Shown here one piece after another: positions 63,301 through 64,000 of a DNA stretch of 64,000 nt (position 1 is the stretch's first letter; the number at the start of each line of letters is the position of its first letter). The DNA is from an uncultured Verrucomicrobiota bacterium (GTDB lineage: Bacteria > Verrucomicrobiota > Verrucomicrobiia > Limisphaerales > UBA1319), in assembly GCA_964409245.1 (NCBI GenBank), contig CAYPCQ010000005.1, forward strand, positions 30,879-94,878. The letters run 5' to 3'. The position numbers were made by a program, and so were the translations under genes. The notes under the pieces were generated by a model, which worked only from the letters and a program-made list of their open reading frames with translations, searched no databases and was not told the DNA's origin.

Positions 63301-64000
63301 CGGGGCCGCCCGGCTGCGGAGGTTCCGCGGGCGTTGACGCCGGGTCCGGCCGCGCCCACAAAGCCGCTGGCTCCGCCTGCGCCTGCCGAACAACCCGGAT
63401 TATTGGCGGACTTGACCGGCAGCCTCGCGGCCACCTTGATGATGGCGCCGGCCGATGTTTCCGTGAGCAAATCCTTTGTCGATCTTGGCTTGGATTCGAT
63501 CCTGGGTGTGGAATGGATCAAGGGCCTCAACCAGCAGTATGGGCTGCGGCTTGCAGTTTCCGCGATCTATGACCATCCCAATCTTGAAGCATTCGCCGCT
63601 CTGTTGCGCCAGGAGGTCAAGCCGTTGGTTCATCCAGGTCCGGAGTCATTGCCTGAATCACCCAGGCCACTCGCACCCCCCGTGGCGGAACTTCGCGTGG
63701 CAGCGGACACCCGGTCTCGTCCCACACCAGCCACGCCTGGCCGGATTGCCATCGTCGGCATTTCCGGGCGGTATCCCCAGGCCGAAGACTTGAACCAATA
63801 CTGGAAGAATCTGGCTGCGGGGCGCCATTCGGTCCGCGAAATTCCCCCTTCCCGCTGGGATGTTTCCCGTTATTACCATCCGGACCCCAGCCAGCCGGGA
63901 ACCATCTACTGCAAATCCCTGGGCATGCTGGATGGCGTGGATTGCTTTGATCCGCTGTTCTTCATGATTTCACCAGACGAGGCGGAAGGGATGGATCCGC
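45388..64000 (+). CDS. trans-AT PKS subunit, 3'-truncated by the window edge (at least 6204 codons): KS-KR-cMT-ACP, KS-KR-cMT-ACP, KS-DH-KR-cMT-ACP, KS-ACP-ACP, KS(partial)
   Basis: This gene is not in the ORF track. ATG 45388-45390 lies 16 nt after the gene 4 stop (MKKSLIRSILRLVQDGSIPKEAGVRLCFEARQLEAQSAQDGEATEVAIIGLAGRYPQ...). No listed + strand ORF after 45388 is in this frame, which fits one frame staying open to base 64000. Hand translation gives in-frame PKS motifs throughout, down to the last codons FFMISPDEAEGMDP (63961-63999). Confidence 0.9.
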   Translation, partial: MKKSLIRSILRLVQDGSIPKEAGVRLCFEARQLEAQSAQDGEATEVAIIGLAGRYPQARNIDELWAILKEGRDAVTEIPGDRWDWRDYFHPDAGQAGGLGKSYCKWGGFLEGHDEFDPFFFNLSPREADYMDLQERLFLEVAWEALEDAGYTRRYFGKMKTDNPHFRVGVFVGATWQEGQLFSDSDQKWQGPILSTHAYNIANRISYFCGFEGPSLTIDTACSSSLTALHLAWESLRQGTADLVLVGGVNLSIHPNKYQVLSGAGFASKTGRCQSFGSGADGYVPGEGVGALLLKAKAKAIADGDHIYGIIKASAINHGGKTNGYTVPNPAAQARVVGEALRQAKADPRTVSYIEAHGTGTALGDPIEIAGLEKAFGSGLGARQFCAIGSIKSNIGHCEAAAGIAGVTKVLLQLAHGQLAPTIHAEVLNPRIDFASSPFRVQRQLEEWPRPVLAAGGELREYPRLAGVSSFGAGGANAHVVIEEAPREGLRETKFNPSRPFAVVLSARNQDRLAALAERLLAHVQAAADRSQEYLANLAYTLQVGRDALEERLAFAAVSMDEVEARLRQACGPPDPNEDLFRGRAQSGTKPQAGQAEADMSESPSAKSAVEILLKRWVQGGLVDWEALHADESLRRIRLPGYPFARERHPLSRAVREQPQAVPASVPAAPGVAVAGAWDGLSYLPLWMEKPAAAARPAEDTEPHNILIVHAPGMAGLAEALERYYGQHLPSARLTRLGIGSDLKLDDPECGRGRLGDVHAIDRVFFLAARDLRAMGAENLRTAKACEQELQLLRLARVFGQHEEFPLYVVSAQALWTEDCGDLRGGGVPGLACAIAQGNHRFRVRNIQVSAGDLACPERRESLAAQIAAEPPSDRACPVRLSGGVRFEPSFARWEWGQPETGLRPGGVYVIIGGGGTVGGVLTRHLIRNYQATVVWIGRRAAASSEIEAGLAAQDVNGRQPFYLQADATDPDAMKRVLEVVKQRWKAVHGVVFAGVGAFGSGDSVAQVPEADFCQRVAIKTVGVRNVLEAFRHEPLDFFCLFSSIQAFSWLSARDSASYAAAITGGDSEAEAFSRQAGFPVGRIHWGFWKASVEGSPLQASLQGRFGALEDGEACQFFEQYTALLRQRWVRPMICMRATDAIRQLMAGVDTQAMKVAKGTAHTVISARSQKNPSVAIQPILQANQAAWIELEEWLAKLLLVQVRQMGAFSPEGRANTAGGWRQEARISDKYQRWWETCCLPALAERGFLKQRGGEQALDQAGQIDAGDLWQRWERQRAAWEQNADLKPGVLLVDACLRRLPEILRGGLAATSILFPESSMQSVGDVYQGNPIADLCNAAVAESVADNLKERVRLDPKAKLRIIEIGAGTGATTAAVLPRLAPWQAHIERYDYTDLSKAFLLHAEDRFRPDFSFLKTAICNIERPPAEQDFESGSYDVVIASNVLHATANIRRTLRHAKSLLKRQGLLVLNEATQKTLLGCLTFGLLDGWWLFEDEAWRIPGAPLLDLHRWRRVLELEGFQNVAVPLEAPGLSGQQVLLAESDGLIESRVPQAPVETRLPPTVEIKKAPASKPEKAPGGDLSNRVAEVVLAHMAGTLRTTTDQIDPDLPFSDYGLDSILGVGFMGAVNTELGLALNAAVIFDHTSVNRLTSHILKTCQKELAAATDQTPPAPAAIAAESQANPAPAVVPKPEPGLPPIAVIGLAGQFPGARNASQLWENLMAGQDGVGRLPAAYLNGEAGGKPLYPWGGVLADRDCFDSLFFNISPREAEAMHPHQRLVLQESWKALEDAGLNPKDLEGLRVGIYVGAEPAGYVMPSFTGASEALIASRLSYFLNLKGPALVVNTGCSSSATAIHLACESLRHRESDLALACGVYAGMHQGGLSVLAEIGMLSPRGQCRTFDATADGTVLSEGLGVVVLKRLEDALAEGDPIHGIIAASGLNQDGASNGITAPNGASQEALIIDVYRRFQINPEQIGYFEAHGTGTRLGDPVEANALIRAFGAFTQKRHFCAIGSTKAHLGHASAAAGVIGLIRILLSMRARRIPGLLHFQSLNPLIAFENSAFHINREPMEWKGTNGQPLMAAMNAFGHSGTNVHLVVQEHIAEGRPGLQPGGPGLVVLSARNPERLAETVRQFLDFSRGCLDAELAEVCYTLQVGREAMNERLGLVVQSWAELREKLNAFLGGEPRVEGLVRGSARTHREALAAFLQDEDAGQAIVAWFAKRKYNKLLDVWVKGFPVDWRRLYPGPIPQRRHLPPYPFANDRYPTPPMPGLVNPTLPAGEAALETGRQSGPPRAPAASGAAAPGQAAGSPAGDGWAGVSFVPVWEPRAAQPEPRLAPRTVLLAYHPSFCGFEQSIISHYRQLSPPVSLVACDLSKNPAELTAALAKMPQPDCFYFLSIPNPLPNGNPCQHLAEDLEKHELALLRLLKALKQQAARTAVMDVFILTAGHYRVGLEEVVPTGGGVTGLAYSLAQGDHRFRVRNIDLSREDLAGADRHAALLEQIHAEGASGRGEVVKLCDGLRFERTFHRWHWEGWRTGSGLRPGGVYVILGGSGVVGGVITRGLMQHHGARVAWLGRRSREDAGIQAQLRACTQGGQAPDYYEADALQPESLARAVAQIKQRYGKIHGAVFAGLIFDPKNDLEHTTEETFAQIVGLKALGGFNFYQCLRAEDLDFLCHFSSIQAFPFLPARESCGYAAGITFADTLAACLGPEAPFPVGVINWGYWERSVSGTELEARLAERFGLISDLAGFGFFERFTNLLRNRAASQMVCMGTAERVQTLMGGPKADILSAQEATAGSLAPGLFQDSPQRLAEVQNLVEENPLPAFEPWMIRLLEAQLRRMDAYGHDGALKSAHEMQSAGLLAEHYRPWWEECRGLVERGGGRPASIPNPDDVWELWDREKLAFLENPNLRWAVELVENCLRNLPAVLKGEVQATNILFPKASLQPVEHLHQGNALADCLNGIVADSLARYVQHRLQSDPGAAIRILEVGAGTGGTTGAVLAGLGNGGGNIAEYAYSDVSQAFLAHGQKQFAANHPCLTFSIWNIETPPLRDWVGRYDVVIATNVLHATRNIRETLQHLKVVLKRHGLLILNEVVEKSLLGTLTFGLLDGWWRFQDREIRIPGTPLLAPGRWQSVLHQEGFAAVVFPVAATRKLGQQVVIAESDGIFHLPVAPLPGPGATACPAVEASAPQASLRVRKTEVRMAVAEVIGQSLAESLNIPSAKIDRDCSFSDYGIDSILGVGFIDLVNARLHTDLGTAIIFDYSTVDQLAGHVLQAFPAVADAFNSRGETAGPDLPQEKPPGPEIKPDSAPAGAGPDLAAGALVAPGQGDSPIAVIGMSGQFPGAENVARFWENLMAGVDGISVLPDRYLKEELFRLQGAGEGYRWGGILEGRDHFDPLFFRISPREAESMSPHQRLVLQEGWKSLEDAGYNPRGLQNQRVGVFIGAEPAGYFHESFTGSSDAIVASRLSYHLNLRGPALAVNTGCSSSAAAIHLACESLRRHETDLALAGGVCATVGPSGLNVLSDAGMLSPTGQCHSLDGSANGTVLSEGVGVVVLKRLADALAAGDAIHGVIQASGMNQDGASNGISAPNGIAQEALIADVYRRFGIDPEQIGYVETHGTATRLGDPVEVNALIRAFRQFTAKTHFCALGSAKAHIGHTSAASGVIGLIKVLLTLQQRVIPGLLHFEAINPLCQIEGSAFLVNQAPRDLAADGGHPRMAALSSFGHSGTNVHLVVREPVESLACQARPASGGPQLVVLSAKSGERLNALARNLGAFLESHPDTALAELAYTLQVGRDAMPERVAWLVKDNSDLAEKLRLFLSGAPLGADGWRGHVDEESSAIRWLAADEDARELVGKWISAGKLEKLGELWAQGFEIDWKQLHGGGGGRRRIHLPTYPFVRDSYWIPAATTRMAEAVAGSADRHPLVHENRSSFLRQRFSSRFTGAEFFFNDHRVRGIKVLPGVAHLEMARAAVEEALALESESQTKAAGLPKPTVLRQVTWLRPLCLKNPGLEVQIELTRHDAGAIGFEICTHDVTDGKTVYSQGTVSWEAVAESPVIDLSGLREAIRQGCYTPGQCYETFRQLGIEYGNGHRGLEELYVGDGQLLARIGLPDAVADTKDQYTLNPSLLDAALQGFIGFMMGRAGEASPTALKPSLPFALERLEILAPCPSSMWAWIRSSAGSAPGDKVAKFDIDLCDGQGRICVRMQCFSTRLLDDGLAADAGTPSPEAHLLIQSPVWNVVPSSARRGPREPKPGAHLVVIGGSGRDQQSLQDLYPETTFLAVEPDQLRTQLAAVARVDHVLWIAPWETVESLTDERQVSNQAEGVYQVFGIVKALLSRGFGDRDLAWTFITRQTHAVWPGDTAYPLHASVHGFVGSLAKEYPHWKIRLLDLPGAGDLPWRSMLEMPFSPAGDAWFYRHGEWFERSLIAVGSLASEAPLYRQDGVYVVIGGAGGIGEAWTRFMIENYRAKVYWIGRRSLDAAIQERLDRFAGADLRPEYLCANAAELAPLQVAYSRIKERHGVIHGVVHSAIVLLDKSLANMDEARFRAGLEAKVEASVRIAQVFGGEPLDFLLFFSSLQSFSKAPGQSNYAAGCTFKDAFAGALARERAYPVKVVNWGYWGSLGIVKDAACHQRMALGGMGSIEPEEGLAALQQVMSGSLGQAAISKLIATPAAGNPRLEPEWMRVLSRPGWPPGWAFLEQKAPSEAEQWLPRITDLEPVEMEQTLVGLLWAGLNTAGVLEGEAINRSAVRPGYQAWLDQSLAILKAHGWLARPGARGGAPESVPSAGAQWEAWEKARSGWLKDERVAAQMTLLEACLRALPDLLLGRRKATDVLFPASSTRLVEGVYQGNPVADFFNEQLADVLVAYLKARTAQPGAPRLRILEVGAGTGGTSAGLLAKLKPFEAWIEEYCYTDISKAFLFHAEKVFAPTYPFVTTRLFDVSRPLAEQEVPLGGFDVCVATNVLHATEDIRWTLRNVKAALQRGGLLLINELCRSSLFAHLTFGLLDGWWLYQDAELRIPGCPGLYPETWLRLLGQEGFGRAVFPARHRHDLGQQLIVAESDGVIRQQQARPAAPPPVQPEAKPGPVEPVGESLKARASAYLKRLIAGELRMKPGQLDAAKPLEAYGMDSILVVHLTNALRKHFENITSTLFFEVQTIDALVDHLLKHQKEAVIRNVGMAAPPESTARQATTGPVAPVPSVSPAPPAMERPARLAAPVPPPPPASAEIAIVGLSVRFPQARDVDEFWSNLKAGRNCITEIPKERWDWTLHYHEEAGRRGSYYSKWGGFVADAACFDPLCFQISPREAHRMDPQERIFLETAYACIEDAGYTPGTLCQSRRVGVFVGVMNSAYHPLPNYSSVANRVSYQLDLQGPSLAVDTACSASLTAIHLAIESLVSGTSECALAGGVNLNLSPLHYLRLSEARMLSPGPECRPFGSGADGMVDGEGVGAVLLKKLSQAIADGDHIHGVIKASAVNAGGKTNGYTVPNPVAQARLVADALDRGGIPPRTISYIEAHGTGTVLGDPIEIIGLTRAFQEVSKQATPDLQFCAVGSIKSNIGHCESAAGIAGLAKILLQLKHGQLAPSLHAESTNPNIDFARTPFYVQQKLQEWQRPVLLIDGVETTCPRRAGLSSFGAGGANAHLVVEEFLPPARSWANEPAGSESAAIVLSARTAESLAEVVGRLLKFLDDHPGVCLGDLAYTLQVGREAKEQRLGLAVRSVPELREKLTLWQQGETGIEGLYGGDPQAARETMSLFSADEELGEAVAKWISRRKIDRLLELWVKGLGVDWSGLHPAGRRARISLPTYPFARERYWHAESSALPNGIPGPAIELTPAAHPPLADLPAGSKAPRITLTPLSAASSAVAEMPVPKANEMAALAQAVARDEDLEQQLAASLAEALLMKPGAIDPEKSFVELGLDSIVGVEWIQTLNKAYGLRLSVTKLYDHPNLRQWAAFIREQLRGRPAAEVPRALTPGPAAPTKPLAPPAPAEQPGLLADLTGSLAATLMMAPADVSVSKSFVDLGLDSILGVEWIKGLNQQYGLRLAVSAIYDHPNLEAFAALLRQEVKPLVHPGPESLPESPRPLAPPVAELRVAADTRSRPTPATPGRIAIVGISGRYPQAEDLNQYWKNLAAGRHSVREIPPSRWDVSRYYHPDPSQPGTIYCKSLGMLDGVDCFDPLFFMISPDEAEGMDP
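45520..50345 (+). other. PKS module 13: KS-KR-cMT-ACP
   Basis: KS spans about 45520-46845 (IDTACSSS with Cys 46051-46053, EAHGTGT, SNIGHCEAAAG). KR spans about 47400-48700 (GGVYVIIGGGGTVGG 48103-48147, FSSIQAF, SYAAAI). cMT spans about 49000-50030 (RIIEIGAGTGATT 49468-49506, SNVLHATANIR). ACP spans about 50125-50345 (SDYGLDSIL, Ser 50233-50235). Confidence 0.85.
50470..55215 (+). other. PKS module 14: KS-KR-cMT-ACP
   Basis: KS spans about 50470-51690 (VNTGCSSSATAIHLACESL with Cys 50923-50925, EAHGTGTRLGDPVE, KAHLGH, FGHSGTNVHLVV). KR spans about 52320-53600 (GGVYVILGGSGVVGG from 53017, FSSIQAF, GYAAGITF). cMT spans about 53900-54890 (RILEVGAGTGGTT 54346-54384, TNVLHATRNIR). ACP spans about 54990-55215 (SDYGIDSIL, Ser 55102-55104). 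Confidence 0.85.
55385..60915 (+). other. PKS module 15: KS-DH-KR-cMT-ACP
   Basis: KS spans about 55385-56615 (VNTGCSSSAAAIHLACESL with Cys 55849-55851, ETHGTATRLGDPVE, KAHIGH, FGHSGTNVHLVV). DH spans about 57172-58050 (HPLVHENRSS; HRVRGIKVLP with His 57259-57261; LLDAALQ). KR spans about 58150-59400 (GVYVVIGGAGGIG, FSSLQSF, SNYAAGCTF). cMT spans about 59700-60600 (RILEVGAGTGGTS 60055-60093, TNVLHATEDIR). ACP spans about 60694-60915 (EAYGMDSIL, Ser 60802-60804). Confidence 0.85.
61090..63610 (+). other. PKS module 16: KS-ACP-ACP (tandem Trp-flagged ACPs)
   Basis: KS spans about 61090-62360 (VDTACSAS with Cys 61558-61560, EAHGTGT, SNIGHCESAAG). ACP-a spans about 63085-63300 (ELGLDSIVGVEW; Ser 63178-63180, Trp 63196-63198). 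ACP-b spans about 63400-63610 (DLGLDSILGVEW; Ser 63496-63498, Trp 63514-63516). Confidence 0.85.
63742..64000 (+). other. PKS module 17: KS, N-terminal part only (cut by the window edge)
   Basis: GRIAIVGISGRYPQAEDLNQYWKNLAAGRHSVREIPPSRWD....FDPLFFMISPDEAEGMDP are the canonical N-terminal KS blocks. The active-site Cys lies beyond the window. Confidence 0.8.

Noticed and set aside
1-64000. RNA genes, CRISPR arrays, IS or transposase ends, integrases, and long inverted or direct DNA repeats
   Set aside because: Nothing resembling them was seen by eye. The + strand coding frames account for about 99.9% of the bases. Similarity between PKS modules is at protein-motif level, with no long identical DNA repeats noticed. 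A computed self dot-plot would be needed to exclude shorter repeats.

Overview
The window is GC-rich (roughly 60-65% G+C by eye, not computed) and almost entirely coding on the + strand. Five co-directional, tightly packed genes (gaps of 8, 54, 2 and 16 nt) encode part of one giant AT-less (trans-AT type) hybrid NRPS/polyketide synthase assembly line. Both window edges cut through genes. From the translations I count 17 KS domains: 16 are complete and 1 is cut by the 3' edge, and 4 are non-elongating KS0 that have lost a catalytic His. I also count 17 ACPs, 9 KRs, 4 DHs, 5 in-line C-methyltransferases (cMT) and a tandem pair of SagB/nitroreductase-type azoline oxidase (Ox) domains at the 5' edge. 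There is no AT, ER, TE, C/Cy or A domain. Important: the last gene (45388 to beyond 64000, at least 6204 codons, about 29% of the window) is missing from the supplied ORF track because it has no stop in the window; I translated it by hand. The most unusual element is a block of three non-PKS tailoring domains at the gene 3/gene 4 junction (about 39790-43060). It consists of a class-I SAM methyltransferase placed after an ACP, an MprF-C/DUF2156-like (aminoacyl-tRNA-dependent transferase fold) domain, and a tryptophanase/tyrosine-phenol-lyase-like PLP domain. The last two are fused in one polypeptide to a His-less KS0 and an ACP. I know of no characterised PKS with this combination. Other notable points are tandem Trp-flagged (beta-branching type) ACPs at 63085-63610, a split dehydrating bimodule across the gene 1/gene 2 junction with a DH-less paralogue at the gene 2/gene 3 junction, and a KS subtype found only downstream of KR-cMT modules. 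All long minus-strand ORFs look like GC-driven shadow ORFs. I saw no rRNA, tRNA, CRISPR array, transposase or phage gene. Domain borders are approximate (+-30-60 nt); residue and motif coordinates were counted by hand in frame. Family assignments rest on motifs recalled from memory, not on database searches. Product and source organism cannot be assigned.
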